The notes beneath the pieces are model-generated. The model ran no database searches. It had not been told where the DNA came from and saw only the letters and a program-made list of their open reading frames with translations. DNA of 64,000 nt from an uncultured Chloroflexia bacterium (GTDB lineage Bacteria; Chloroflexota; Limnocylindria; QHBO01): assembly GCA_963840145.1 (NCBI GenBank), contig CAWIXR010000007.1, forward strand, positions 137,592 through 201,591, written 5' to 3'. The translations under genes were made by a program, and so were the position numbers. Of the stretch, positions 53,518-63,820 are shown piece by piece; within the stretch, counting starts at the first letter, position 1, and each line of letters opens with the position of its first letter.

Positions 53518-54612
53518 ATGAAGCTGCTCCACTTCGCGGACCTCCATCTCGACGCCCCGTTCGCCTGGGCGTCGCCGGAAACGGCTCGCGCGCGACGCCG
53601 GAACCGGCGCGAGGCGCTCACCCGGATCGTGGCGCTGGCCGAGGCGGAGGAGGTCGACGCGATCCTCGGCGCCGGCGACCTGTTCGAGCAGGACCGCATC
53701 GGTCCGGACACCGTGGAGTTCCTGCGCAGCACCTTCGAGCGCACCGATCGCCGCGTCTTCCTGGCCCCGGGCAACCACGACTGGCTGTCGGCGCGCAGCC
53801 CGTACGCGCTCGTCGAGTGGTCGCCGAACGTCCACGTCTTCACCGAGTCCGCGCTGCGGCCGGTCGCGCTCGACGACGGGCTGACGCTGTGGGGCGCCGC
53901 GCACCGCGCGCCGGCCAACACCGACGACCTCTTCGCCGGCTTCCACGTCGATCGCGGCGGGATCAACCTTGCGCTGGCGCACGCGTCCGAGCGGGCCACC
54001 CTCGCCTGGCAGGAGTCGGGCAAGGCGCCGCACGCGCCGTTCGACGCAGCGGCGTTGCCGGCGACCGGCCTCGCCCACGCGTTCCTCGGCCACTACCACC
54101 TGCCCCGCGACGCCGAGCGCCACACCTACCCGGGCAACCCCGACCCGCTCGACTTCGGCGAGACCGGTGAGCGCGGTGCGGTGCTTGCGACCATCGCCGC
54201 CGATGGCACGGTCACGCGCGAGCGGCGCGACGTCTCGGTCAGCGAGGTCCACGACCTCGAGGTCAACGTCGACGGCGCCACGCACTCCGACGAGGTCGCC
54301 GCGATCGTTCGAGAGCGCCTCGCGCCGCTGGCCGGCTGCGTGCGGGTCACGCTCTCCGGTGAGCTGGCGCCGTCGGTGCAGCTCGACCCGCGCGAGCTCG
54401 AGCGGATCGGCGGTCACCTCGAGGGCCTGGTCGTGCGCGCGGGCGGCCTGAGGATCGGCTACGACCTCGTCGGGATCGGCGCGGAGTCGACGGTGCGCGG
54501 CCAGTTCGTTCGCTCGGCGATCGAGGAGATCCGCGACCCCGAGCTGCGACGGCGGGTGATCCTGACCGGGCTGCGAGCGCTCGAGGGCCGCGGCGACCTG
54601 GAGGTGGCCTGA
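53518..54612 (+). CDS. SbcD/Mre11-like metallophosphoesterase (YhaO-type DNA repair exonuclease)
   Basis: MKLLHFADLHLD..GAGDLFE..LAPGNHD..GHYH.. Confidence 0.8.
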   Translation: MKLLHFADLHLDAPFAWASPETARARRRNRREALTRIVALAEAEEVDAILGAGDLFEQDRIGPDTVEFLRSTFERTDRRVFLAPGNHDWLSARSPYALVEWSPNVHVFTESALRPVALDDGLTLWGAAHRAPANTDDLFAGFHVDRGGINLALAHASERATLAWQESGKAPHAPFDAAALPATGLAHAFLGHYHLPRDAERHTYPGNPDPLDFGETGERGAVLATIAADGTVTRERRDVSVSEVHDLEVNVDGATHSDEVAAIVRERLAPLAGCVRVTLSGELAPSVQLDPRELERIGGHLEGLVVRAGGLRIGYDLVGIGAESTVRGQFVRSAIEEIRDPELRRRVILTGLRALEGRGDLEVA

Positions 54613-54613
54613 G

Positions 54614-57388
54614 ATGCGGATCGAGCGCGTGACCGCCCACGCCTTCGGCCCGTTCAACGGTGAGTCACTCGAGCTGGCGCCGGGGCTCACGGTCGTCAGC
54701 GGCCCGAACGAGGCCGGCAAGTCGAGCTGGCACGCCGCCATCCGGGCCGGCATCGGCGGGGTGCGTCGCGGGCGCGGCGCGGGGACGAGGGTCGAGGCGG
54801 CCTTCGAGGAGCGCCACAAGCCGTGGGACGGCGACGGCCGCTGGGCGGTCGAGGTTCGCCTCGCGCTCGACGACGGTCGGACGATCGAGATCAGCCAGGA
54901 CCTGGCGGGCAAGGTCGCCTGCCGCGCGACCGATGTCGTCCTCGGGCGCGACGTCTCCGACGAGATCATGGACGGCACGCCCGACGCCTCGCGCTGGCTC
55001 GGCCTCGACCGCGAGGCCTTCGCCGCCACGATCTGCGTCGGCCAGGCCCAGATCGCCACGATCGCCAACCGCGACACCGCCGCCTCGCTGCAGGAGCACA
55101 TGCAGCGCGCCGCAGCCACCCGCGGGACCGATGCGACCGCCGCCGAGGCACGAGAACGGCTGAAGGCGTTCGCGCGCGACCAGGTCGGCGTCGATCGCCA
55201 GGGGGCGCGAGGCCCGCTGCGGAGCGCGAAGGAGCGTGTCGAGACGGCGCAGGCGGCGCTCGCCGAGGCCCGCGCGCGCCACGAGGCCTTCCTCGACGCC
55301 AGCCTCAGCGCCGAGGCCGCGGAACGGGATGCCGCCGCGCAGGGCCGGCGCGCGCTCGCGATCGAGTCCGCGCTCGCCGCCCGCGCCGCGACCGATCTCG
55401 CCCGCCGCGCCGAGCGTGCCACCCGGCTCGCCGAGCTCCATCCGAGCGAGCCTGCCGGGCTCGCGGACCGCGACGCGCGTGCCGATGCCGTCGCCGGCGC
55501 CCTGGACGCCTGGCACGGCCGGCCACGGCCGGAGCCGCTGACCGGCACGAGCGCCGCCGAGCTCGAGGCCGAGCTCGCTGCGCTGCCCGCGCCGCCCGAC
55601 GGCGACCTTGAGCTCCACGCCTCGGTGGTCGAATCGCGCCGCGCCCTCGATCGGGCCGATGACGCGCTCGGAATGCTCGGGCCGCGCCCGTCCGCGCCCA
55701 ACCCGCGGAACGGTCCGAGCGAGGACGAGCTCCGTGGCCTCGCCCGGAGCCTGCGCACGCCCGATCCACCGGCCCGGCCCGAGCTCGAGGCGGAGCTGCG
55801 CGCGGCCGAGCAGGATCTCGCGGTGGGTCGTGGCCGTCGCGGCCCGCGCTGGATCGTCGCCGCCACTCTGGCCGCCGTCGCGGCGATCGCCGCCTTCGTT
55901 GTCGGGCAGATGCTGGTCGCGGTCGCGGCCGGTCTGATGGCCGTGGGTCTCGCTGCCTGGGCGTGGCTCGCGGGCCGAAGCTCCGATGCCGCGGGGCGGG
56001 TCGAGCGTGCTCGCGCCGCGCTCGCGCCCATGGAGCTGGCGCGGGACGCGGCCCGCGCTGAGCGCGACGCGGCGGCCGATGCAGCGCGCGCCGCGGGCCT
56101 GCCGGCCGATCCGACCGAGCTCGAACGACGAGCGGACGACGCCGCGGCCGGGGTGCGCGCCGCGCGCGAGGCGGCGGCCTGGGACGAGCGGCGAGCCGAC
56201 CTCACCGAACGCCGCGACCGGTCCGCCTCGGCACTGCGCGATGCCCTCCGCGCGCGCGGCGTTGAGCCGACCGACGACCTCGCGGCCGCGACGGCTGCCT
56301 ACGAGGCCGAGTGCCGGCTCCGCGCCGATCGGTCGCGCCGCGCCGGCAACCGTCCGGCCCTCGAGCGTGCCCTCGCGACGCGGCGCGAGGCAGAGGCGGC
56401 GGCCGCGGAAACCGCGCGCTCTGCCGCGCGTGCCGAAGGCGCGCTTCGCGCGGTCGCCGCGGATCTCGGGCTGCCGGCCGAGGTGCCGCCGGACGAGCTA
56501 TCCCAGGCGCTCGCTGCCTGGCAGCGGGCACGGGGCGAGGAGGCAGAGCGGGCCGACGCGGCGCGTCGCGAGTGGCATGAGCTGACGACGCTCCTCGCCG
56601 GCCGGCCGCTCGATGCGTTGCGCGCCGAGGCCGAGTCCGCGGCCGGCAAGGCCGCGTCACTTGTCGCGAAGGTCGACCCGGCCGAGCTCGCAGCGCTCGC
56701 GCCGCATGGCGACCTCGCCGCACTCCTGGAGGTCGAGCGCGACGAGCTGGACCGCGCAAGGGAGGGGGCGAGCACGCAGCGCGGCGCGCTTGCAGAGATG
56801 CAGCGCGACCTGCCCGACGTCGCCGAGGCCGAGGAGGCGTTGGCGGACGCGACCGCCGAGCTAGCGCGGGTCATCGGCCTCCAGGAGGTCCTCACCGAGA
56901 CGGCTCGCCTCCTGCGCGCCGCCGAGGAGCGCGTCCACCGCGACCTCGCGCCGATCCTCGCGGCCGCCATCACCCGCTGGCTGCCGCGCGTCAGCGGCGG
57001 CGCCTACGTCGATGCGTCGGTCGATCCGGCCGACCTGTCGGTACGGGTCAAGGAGGCGAGGAGCGGTCGCTGGCGGTCGGCGCTGCTCCTGTCGGAGGGC
57101 ACCCGCGAGCAGGTCTACCTGCTGCTGCGCGTCGCGATGGCCCAACAGCTGGCCACGACCGGCGAGACCGCGCCGCTCCTGCTCGACGAGGTCACCGTCC
57201 AGGCCGATGCCGAGCGCAAGCAGCAGCTGCTCGGCGTCCTCCACGAGCTGAGCGCAGAGCGCCAGATCATCCTCTTCACCCACGACGACGACGTCGTCGG
57301 CTGGGCCGCGCGCGTGCTCACCGGGTCGCGTGACCGCCTCGTGGAGCTGCGGGCGACGGCCAGCGCTCCGCAGGCGGCGCTCGGCTGA
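54614..57388 (+). CDS. SbcC/Rad50-like AAA ATPase with an internal membrane hairpin (YhaN-type)
   Basis: Walker A GPNEAGKSS. Long Ala/Arg/Glu coiled-coil regions. Two TM helices (WIVAATLAAVAAIAAFVVGQ / MLVAVAAGLMAVGLAAWAWLAG). Signature LSEGTREQ. Walker B LLLDEV. Confidence 0.8.
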   Translation: MRIERVTAHAFGPFNGESLELAPGLTVVSGPNEAGKSSWHAAIRAGIGGVRRGRGAGTRVEAAFEERHKPWDGDGRWAVEVRLALDDGRTIEISQDLAGKVACRATDVVLGRDVSDEIMDGTPDASRWLGLDREAFAATICVGQAQIATIANRDTAASLQEHMQRAAATRGTDATAAEARERLKAFARDQVGVDRQGARGPLRSAKERVETAQAALAEARARHEAFLDASLSAEAAERDAAAQGRRALAIESALAARAATDLARRAERATRLAELHPSEPAGLADRDARADAVAGALDAWHGRPRPEPLTGTSAAELEAELAALPAPPDGDLELHASVVESRRALDRADDALGMLGPRPSAPNPRNGPSEDELRGLARSLRTPDPPARPELEAELRAAEQDLAVGRGRRGPRWIVAATLAAVAAIAAFVVGQMLVAVAAGLMAVGLAAWAWLAGRSSDAAGRVERARAALAPMELARDAARAERDAAADAARAAGLPADPTELERRADDAAAGVRAAREAAAWDERRADLTERRDRSASALRDALRARGVEPTDDLAAATAAYEAECRLRADRSRRAGNRPALERALATRREAEAAAAETARSAARAEGALRAVAADLGLPAEVPPDELSQALAAWQRARGEEAERADAARREWHELTTLLAGRPLDALRAEAESAAGKAASLVAKVDPAELAALAPHGDLAALLEVERDELDRAREGASTQRGALAEMQRDLPDVAEAEEALADATAELARVIGLQEVLTETARLLRAAEERVHRDLAPILAAAITRWLPRVSGGAYVDASVDPADLSVRVKEARSGRWRSALLLSEGTREQVYLLLRVAMAQQLATTGETAPLLLDEVTVQADAERKQQLLGVLHELSAERQIILFTHDDDVVGWAARVLTGSRDRLVELRATASAPQAALG

Positions 57389-57391
57389 GCG

Positions 57392-58111
57392 ATGCCCGAT
57401 GACCGGCTGCCCACGCCCGAGCGGGTGCTCGTCGTGGCCGCCCACCCCGATGACATCGAGTTCGGCGCCGCGGGCACCGTCGCCCGCTGGGTCGGCGAGG
57501 GCACGAACGTGCGCTACCTGCTCGCGACGCGCGGGGACAAGGGCAGCGACGACCCGAGCACCGATCCAACTCAGCTCGGCGCCCTGCGCGAGCGCGAGCA
57601 GCGCGCGGCGGCCGCGGAGATCGGCGTCGAGGGCGTCGACTTCCTCGACGAGCCGGACGGCCAGGTGCTGCCGACGCTCGAGCTGCGCGAGCGGATCACC
57701 CGCGCCATCCGCGAGCTCAGGCCGGAGGTCGTGATGACCCACGATCCGACGGTGCTGTTCGTGAACAACGAGTGGGTGAACCACCCCGACCATCGCGCGG
57801 TCGGCCAGGCAGCGATCGACGCCGTCTTCCCGACGGCGCGCGACCCCTTGAACTTCCGCGAGCACCTCGACGCGGGCCTCCAGCCGTGGAAGGTCGCCGA
57901 GCTGTTTCTGTGGAGCACGAACGAGGCGAACCAGCTCGTCGACATCGGCGAGACGCTCGAGGCCAAGATCGCGGCGCTCAGCCGGCACGCGAGCCAGTTC
58001 CGGTCACTCGACGAGATCGCGCGCTGGGTCCGGCGCCGCAGCGAGGAGCTCGGCGAGCGCGCCGGCTACCGCGCCGCCGAGGGCTTCCGCCGCGTGACGC
58101 TGGCCCGATGA
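57392..58111 (+). CDS. PIG-L/LmbE-family deacetylase
   Basis: ..VLVVAAHPDDIEFGAAGT..HPDHRAVG.. Confidence 0.8.
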   Translation: MPDDRLPTPERVLVVAAHPDDIEFGAAGTVARWVGEGTNVRYLLATRGDKGSDDPSTDPTQLGALREREQRAAAAEIGVEGVDFLDEPDGQVLPTLELRERITRAIRELRPEVVMTHDPTVLFVNNEWVNHPDHRAVGQAAIDAVFPTARDPLNFREHLDAGLQPWKVAELFLWSTNEANQLVDIGETLEAKIAALSRHASQFRSLDEIARWVRRRSEELGERAGYRAAEGFRRVTLAR

Positions 58112-60123
58112 TCCGCCGAGGGGGAGTGGCCGCCCTCGTCCTGCTGCTCGCCGCCTGCGTTGCCGAGCCGACGCCCGAGCCGACGCCGGGGCCGACCACC
58201 TTCCCGATCGCCGGCCCGGACGCGGCCGCGGCGGTCGCCGACGGGTTCGTCGCGGCCTGGACCGCGGGCGACTACGCCGCGATGCACGCCACGCTCGATC
58301 CGGCGCTCCAGGCCCGGTACCCGCTCGAGGCGTTCAGCGAGCTGCATGCCGCGTTCGGTGAGCTGGCGCGGGTCACCGACATCGGAGCGACGCTCGGCGC
58401 GCCGCTGACGATCGGCCTGCCGGCCGAGCCGCGCCCCGACGCCTTCCCGGTGCCGACCGCGACCCCGATCCCCACGCCGAATCCCTCCGCCGGCGCCGCG
58501 CCATCGACAACGCCGGCCCCGACCGCGCCGCCGTTCGACCCCGAGCGGCCGCTCGCCGGCCCGGTGCCCGCGCTCTCGGTGCCGATGGCGCTGGCCGTCG
58601 CCTCCGAGCGGTTCGGAGAGCTCGACCTCGAGCGCGCGCTGACCCTCGTCCACGGCCCGGACGGCTGGCTCGTGCGGTGGACGCCGGAGCTGCTCTTCCC
58701 CGAGCTCGGGCCTGACGGCACGTTGCGGCTCGACCGCGAGCTCGGGGCGCGCGGGCGCATCGTCGGTGCCGGCGACCTCGTGTGGGCCGAGAACCGCGAC
58801 GACGGCGCGCGGGTCTACCCGCAGGATGCGCTCGCCGGCCAGGTCATCGGCTACGTCAACGAGGTGACCGCCGAGGAGCTCGCGACGCTCGAGGCCGAGG
58901 GCTACCTGGCCGGCGACGTCGTCGGGCGCTCTGGACTCGAGTCCGGCGCCGAGGCGATGCTGCGCGGCACGCCCGGCTGGTCGCTGGTGGCGGTGCCCGC
59001 CGAGGGCGAGCCATCGGTGCTGCTCGAGACCGAGATGGTTCCCGGAGCCGACGTCGCGATCACGATCCGGCCGGCCATCCAGCTCGCCGCGCAGGACGCC
59101 CTGTCGGCCCATGCGGAGGGCGCGACCGCCGTCGTCGACCCGCGCAGCGGCGACGTGTTCGCGCTCGCCAGCCAGCCGGCGTTCAACCCGAACTCGATGA
59201 CGGTCGGCACGACGATCGGCGGCGTGCCGCTGAACCCGGCCGGGCAGGGCCAGATCCTCAACCGCTCGGTGCGCGGCGCGTACCCGGCGGGATCGTCGTT
59301 CAAGCCGTTCACCCTGATCGCCGCGCTCGCGACCGGCGTCGTCACGCCGTCGAGCACCCGCACCTGCCCGCCGACGTGGCAGTACGGCGACTTCACGTTC
59401 CGCAACTACATGGACCACACGCTGCCGGGCCAGGTCGGCTTCGCCGAGTCGATGGCCTTCAGCTGCAACACGACCTACATGCCGCTCGCCTTCGAGGTCT
59501 ACCAGGCCGAGGAGACCGCCCTGACCGACCTGCTCAAGGACTTCGGCTTCGGCGCGCCGACGGGCATCCGCTACCTCGGCGAGGAGACCGGGATCGTGCC
59601 CGACGACGACTGGCTGCGCGAGAACGGGCGCGGCGGCTACTCGGGCTTCGAGCAGGTCCAGCTGGCGATCGGCCAGGGCGCCTTCCTCGGCACGCCGCTG
59701 CAGCTGGCGAACGCGTACGCCGCCATCGGCAACGGCGGACGGCTGTGGACGCCGAGGCTCGTCACCAGCGTCACGCTGCCGGACGGCACCGTCGTCGAGG
59801 AGATCGAGCCCGCGGCGGCCAACGACATTCCGGTCGACGCCGCGGACCTCGCCTACGTGACCGATACGCTCCAGGCGGTCGTGACCCTGCCCTACGGCAC
59901 CGGCACCGCCGCATTCGCCGGCTTCGGGATCCCGGTGGCGGGCAAGTCGGGCACGGCCGAGTCGGGCGCTGCCGACCCGCACGCCTGGTTCCCCGCCTAC
60001 GCCCCGGCCGACGATCCGACGATCAGCGTGGCCACCGTCCTGCCCTACCTTCCGCTCGGCACCGGCGGCGACAACGCCGCGCCGCTCGTGCGGCGCGTCA
60101 TGGCGACACACTTTTCCGAGTGA
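58108..60123 (+). CDS. class B penicillin-binding protein (transpeptidase) with an NTF2-like N-domain; lipoprotein
   Basis: Lipobox LLLAAC. ATGA overlap with the upstream gene. SxxK (GSSFKPF), SxN (FSCNT), KSGT (GKSGTAE). Confidence 0.85.
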   Translation: MIRRGGVAALVLLLAACVAEPTPEPTPGPTTFPIAGPDAAAAVADGFVAAWTAGDYAAMHATLDPALQARYPLEAFSELHAAFGELARVTDIGATLGAPLTIGLPAEPRPDAFPVPTATPIPTPNPSAGAAPSTTPAPTAPPFDPERPLAGPVPALSVPMALAVASERFGELDLERALTLVHGPDGWLVRWTPELLFPELGPDGTLRLDRELGARGRIVGAGDLVWAENRDDGARVYPQDALAGQVIGYVNEVTAEELATLEAEGYLAGDVVGRSGLESGAEAMLRGTPGWSLVAVPAEGEPSVLLETEMVPGADVAITIRPAIQLAAQDALSAHAEGATAVVDPRSGDVFALASQPAFNPNSMTVGTTIGGVPLNPAGQGQILNRSVRGAYPAGSSFKPFTLIAALATGVVTPSSTRTCPPTWQYGDFTFRNYMDHTLPGQVGFAESMAFSCNTTYMPLAFEVYQAEETALTDLLKDFGFGAPTGIRYLGEETGIVPDDDWLRENGRGGYSGFEQVQLAIGQGAFLGTPLQLANAYAAIGNGGRLWTPRLVTSVTLPDGTVVEEIEPAAANDIPVDAADLAYVTDTLQAVVTLPYGTGTAAFAGFGIPVAGKSGTAESGAADPHAWFPAYAPADDPTISVATVLPYLPLGTGGDNAAPLVRRVMATHFSE

Positions 60124-60273
60124 GATGGCCATTGAGGTTGACCATCCCAACGGACCGAGCCAGCCGGTGCCGCATGGGTCGCCTTGCAGCACGCACGACC
60201 GAACGGGTAGCATCGGCCCTGCCGCTCCTGTCAGCCTGATGGTCTAACGCCGCCCGGAGAGAGCGACGACGAC

Positions 60274-62247
60274 GTGATCAGCGATACCGCGATTCCACTG
60301 AGGTTCCAGACCGCCGAGGTCGGCGTCGACTGGCTTCAGTGCAATATCGAGTGCCAGGAAGGCTGCCCGGTCAACACGAACTGCCGCGGCTACCTGATGC
60401 TGGCCGCCGAGGGTCGCTTCGAGGAGGGCTACATCCTCGCCCGCGACCCGAATCCGGTCGCCGCGATCTGCGGATACGTCTGTTCCGCTCCCTGCGAGAA
60501 GGCCTGCCGGCGCGCCGACATCGACAAGCCGCTCGCCATCCGCGCGATGAAGCGCTTCCTCGTCGACTGGCACTACGGCAACAACATGCCGGACAACGTC
60601 GTCGTCGCGCCGCCAACCGGCCGCAGCGTGGCCGTCATCGGTGCCGGGCCTGCCGGCCTGGCCGCGGCAAAGGAGCTCGGCGGCTGGGGCCACGAGGTCC
60701 ACGTCTACGAGGCCCTCCCCTCGGGCGGCGGCACGACCCTCATCGGCGTACCGGCATTCCGGCTGCCGCGAGACGTCATCGAGCTCGACGTGAACTGGGT
60801 CGCCAAGCATGGCGTGCAGTTCCACTACAACGTCGAGATCGGCCGCGACGTGACCCTCGACCAGCTCCGCGAGCGCCACGACGCGGTCGTCGTTGCCACC
60901 GGCTGCATGTACCCCGTCGCGATGAACGTCCCCGGCGAGGAGCTTGACGGGGTCATCTACGGCGTCGACTTCCTCAAGCGCGCCAACCTCGGGCAGCCGC
61001 AGTGGGTCGGCGAGCACGTCGTGATCATCGGCGGCGGATATACGGCCATGGACTCCAGCCGCACCGCCCTGCGCCTTGGTGCGAAGTCCTCGACGATCCT
61101 CTACCGGCGCGGGCCGGAGGAGATGGTCGTCGACGAGGAGGAGCAGCACGAGACCCGTTTCGAGGGCGTGAAGTTCGAGTACTTCGCCTCGCCCGTCGAG
61201 GTACTCGCCGGTCCGGACGGCCGCGTGAGCGGGATGGTCTTTCAGCGCACGCAGCTCGGGCCGCCGGACGCCACCGGGCGCCGGAGCGCGGAGCCGATCC
61301 CCGGCAGCGAGTTCACCGTCCCGTGCGACATGGTCATCCCCTGCACCAGCCAGGCGTCGGACAACAACGTGCTCGGCGAGTTCGGCGCGAAGCTGAATCG
61401 CCACATCGGTGTCACCGACACGCGCACCGTCGTCGATGGCGGGTCGCTCTCCTCGTGGCGCACGGAGCCGCTGAACGGCTCGACGCCGAAGGACGCCCAG
61501 GGGCAGCCGATGAACAACCTGGCCTTCGAGTTCAACCGCGGCAACGTCGCGATCAACGCCGACACCTTCGGGACGACGAGCGACGGGATCTTCGCGGTCG
61601 GCGACTTCGTGACCGGGCCCGCCACGATCATCGAGGCCGCGGGCCTCGGGCGCCGCGCGGCACGATCCGTCGACCGTTGGCTGGCCGGGGTGCGCGGCGA
61701 GGAGCTCGAGGAGCTGCCGGTCATCAACCGCGCGGTGATCACGCAGAGCCTCGACCACGACATGCCGCGCTTCTACGAGGCCACCCGCCGGCAGGAGATC
61801 CCGATGGCGCCGCCGGAGCTGCGCCGCGACTTCACGAGCCTCGTCGAGGTCGGCTACGACACTCGCGGGGCGATCGCCGAGGGCACGCGCTGCCTGCAGT
61901 GCAACCACAACATCAACATCGACGGGCCCCGCTGTATCCTGTGCGGGCTCTGCGCCGACGTCTGCCCCGAGGGCGTGATCTACATGGTCGACAAGGCGCA
62001 GGTCGGCGGCGACGACCCGGAGCAGGACTTCTTCCAGGCGTGGCCCCGCGGAATCGCCATGATCATCGACGAGGAGCGCTGCATCCGCTGCAACCTCTGC
62101 GTCGAGCGGTGTCCCACCAACTGCATCACGATGGACCGGCTCGAGCTCGAGCGGTTCACGCCTGACGGAAAGGTGCTCTTGGAGAGCTACAAGGACAACG
62201 TCCTCGGACAGGTCGGCCAGCAGGCCGGCATGGCGGTCGACCGATGA
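60274..62247 (+). CDS. GltD-like NAD(P)-dependent iron-sulfur flavoprotein with a C-terminal 2x[4Fe-4S] ferredoxin module
   Basis: [15 protein letters not shown] and [13 protein letters not shown] clusters. [14 protein letters not shown] and [12 protein letters not shown] dinucleotide folds. [17 protein letters not shown] and [12 protein letters not shown]. Confidence 0.8.
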   Translation: MISDTAIPLRFQTAEVGVDWLQCNIECQEGCPVNTNCRGYLMLAAEGRFEEGYILARDPNPVAAICGYVCSAPCEKACRRADIDKPLAIRAMKRFLVDWHYGNNMPDNVVVAPPTGRSVAVIGAGPAGLAAAKELGGWGHEVHVYEALPSGGGTTLIGVPAFRLPRDVIELDVNWVAKHGVQFHYNVEIGRDVTLDQLRERHDAVVVATGCMYPVAMNVPGEELDGVIYGVDFLKRANLGQPQWVGEHVVIIGGGYTAMDSSRTALRLGAKSSTILYRRGPEEMVVDEEEQHETRFEGVKFEYFASPVEVLAGPDGRVSGMVFQRTQLGPPDATGRRSAEPIPGSEFTVPCDMVIPCTSQASDNNVLGEFGAKLNRHIGVTDTRTVVDGGSLSSWRTEPLNGSTPKDAQGQPMNNLAFEFNRGNVAINADTFGTTSDGIFAVGDFVTGPATIIEAAGLGRRAARSVDRWLAGVRGEELEELPVINRAVITQSLDHDMPRFYEATRRQEIPMAPPELRRDFTSLVEVGYDTRGAIAEGTRCLQCNHNINIDGPRCILCGLCADVCPEGVIYMVDKAQVGGDDPEQDFFQAWPRGIAMIIDEERCIRCNLCVERCPTNCITMDRLELERFTPDGKVLLESYKDNVLGQVGQQAGMAVDR

Positions 62248-62978
62248 GCAACGGCGAGCGCAACCCGATCGTGCGCGCCGTGACCGAGTCCGGGGTCTGG
62301 CGCAGCCTCTTCCGCCAGCCGTACCCGACCACCAGCCGCACCCGCGCGCTGGCGGTCATGAACAACGTCTTCCTGCACCTGCACCCGGTGCGCGTGAAGC
62401 GCCACGCGGTGCGCTACACGTACACGTTCTGCCTGGGCGGGATCAGCTTCTTCCTGTTCCTGGCGCTCACCGTCACCGGGCTGTACCTGATGTTCTTCTA
62501 CGTCCCGTCGGTGAGCAGCGCCTACGACGACATCCTCTCGATCGAGGCCTCGGTCGCCTTCGGCAGCTTCGTGCGCAACATGCACCGATGGGCGGCGCAC
62601 CTGATGGTGCTGACCGTCTTCCTGCACATGATCCGCGTCTTCTACCACGGCGCCTACAAGCCGCCGCGCGAGTTCAACTGGGTCGTCGGCGTGGTGCTGC
62701 TGTTCTGCACCCTGTGGCTGAGCTTCACCGGCTACCTGCTGCCGTGGGACCAGATCGCGTTCTGGGCGATCACGGTCGGCACGCAGATGGCGCAGTACGC
62801 GCCGATCCTCGGCCCCGAGACCGGCTTCTTCCTGCTCGGCGGCATCCAGGTCGGCGAGGACACGCTGCTGCGCTTCTACGTGATGCACGTGATCGCCTTC
62901 CCCCTCATCACCGCCATCTTCCTGATCGTCCACTTCTGGCGCATCCGGAAGGACGGCGGCATCAGCGGCCCCGTGTAG
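62244..62978 (+). CDS. cytochrome b6-type (N-terminal cytochrome b) subunit
   Basis: ..[53 protein letters not shown].. (four His ligands). ATGA overlap with the upstream gene. Confidence 0.9.
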   Translation: MSNGERNPIVRAVTESGVWRSLFRQPYPTTSRTRALAVMNNVFLHLHPVRVKRHAVRYTYTFCLGGISFFLFLALTVTGLYLMFFYVPSVSSAYDDILSIEASVAFGSFVRNMHRWAAHLMVLTVFLHMIRVFYHGAYKPPREFNWVVGVVLLFCTLWLSFTGYLLPWDQIAFWAITVGTQMAQYAPILGPETGFFLLGGIQVGEDTLLRFYVMHVIAFPLITAIFLIVHFWRIRKDGGISGPV

Positions 62979-62996
62979 CCTCCAGGTGATGGACCG

Positions 62997-63614
62997 ATGA
63001 CGATCGAGAAGCGACCGAACCGCACCGCCGACAAGAACGCCCCGACCCAGGCGCCGGACCGGGCGCCGATCGTCGCGCCGACGACGGGTCCCAAGCTGCC
63101 CGGCCCGCCCGGCGTGCCCGGCACGGAGCGTTTCCGGCTGCTCGCCTACGTCAAGCAGGAGTCGATGGTCCGCGTCGACAAGCGGCCCGACGAAACCGTC
63201 CTCACCTGGCCGCACCTGCTGCGCGCCGAGTTCGTGATGTCGACGCTCATCCTCGTGCTGCTCGTCATCACCTCGGTCTTCATCCGCGCCCCGCTCGAGG
63301 AGATGGCCAACCCCGCCGTGACGCCGCACGTCGCCAAGGCGCCGTGGTACTTCCTCGGCCTCCAGGAGATCCTCAGCTACTTCAACGCGACCGTCGCCGG
63401 CGTGGTGGTGCCGACCTTCTACCTCGTCGGGCTGGCCGCGATCCCCTACATCGACCGCTCGCCGTACAAGGCGGCCCGTGACCGCAAGCTGATGTGGGTC
63501 TTCTTCCTGTGCCTGATGATCGGCGGGCTGCTGACGACCTTCATCGGCTCCTTCTTCCGCGGTCCGGGATGGAACTGGGTCTGGCCGTGGGAGGGGCTGT
63601 TCTTCAACCTATGA
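62997..63614 (+). CDS. cytochrome bc complex subunit IV (C-terminal cytochrome b equivalent)
   Basis: ..TWPHLLRAEF..AKAPWYFLGLQEIL..PYIDRSP.. Three TM helices. Confidence 0.85.
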   Translation: MTIEKRPNRTADKNAPTQAPDRAPIVAPTTGPKLPGPPGVPGTERFRLLAYVKQESMVRVDKRPDETVLTWPHLLRAEFVMSTLILVLLVITSVFIRAPLEEMANPAVTPHVAKAPWYFLGLQEILSYFNATVAGVVVPTFYLVGLAAIPYIDRSPYKAARDRKLMWVFFLCLMIGGLLTTFIGSFFRGPGWNWVWPWEGLFFNL

Positions 63615-63820
63615 CCCACCAGCAGTCGTACGGCGAGGTCAACGGTCCGCCGACCGGCGAGATCACGCGGCGGGGCTTCATGCGCCGCATGCTCGGCGTC
63701 GGGGTCGGCATCCTGTCGCTCGAGTTCCTCGGCGCCTCGCTGGCATTCCTGTGGCCGAACCTGAGCGAGGGCCTCGGCGCCGAGATCACGCTGGGACCGC
63801 GGAGGACATCGCCTCGCTGA
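63611..63820 (+). CDS. Rieske-type subunit, N-terminal segment with Tat signal (frame ends prematurely)
   Basis: ATGA overlap with subunit IV. ..GEITRRGFMRRMLGVGVGILSLEFLGASLAFLWP.. TGA at 63818-63820, but the coding signal continues in another frame. Confidence 0.7.
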   Translation: MTHQQSYGEVNGPPTGEITRRGFMRRMLGVGVGILSLEFLGASLAFLWPNLSEGLGAEITLGPRRTSPR

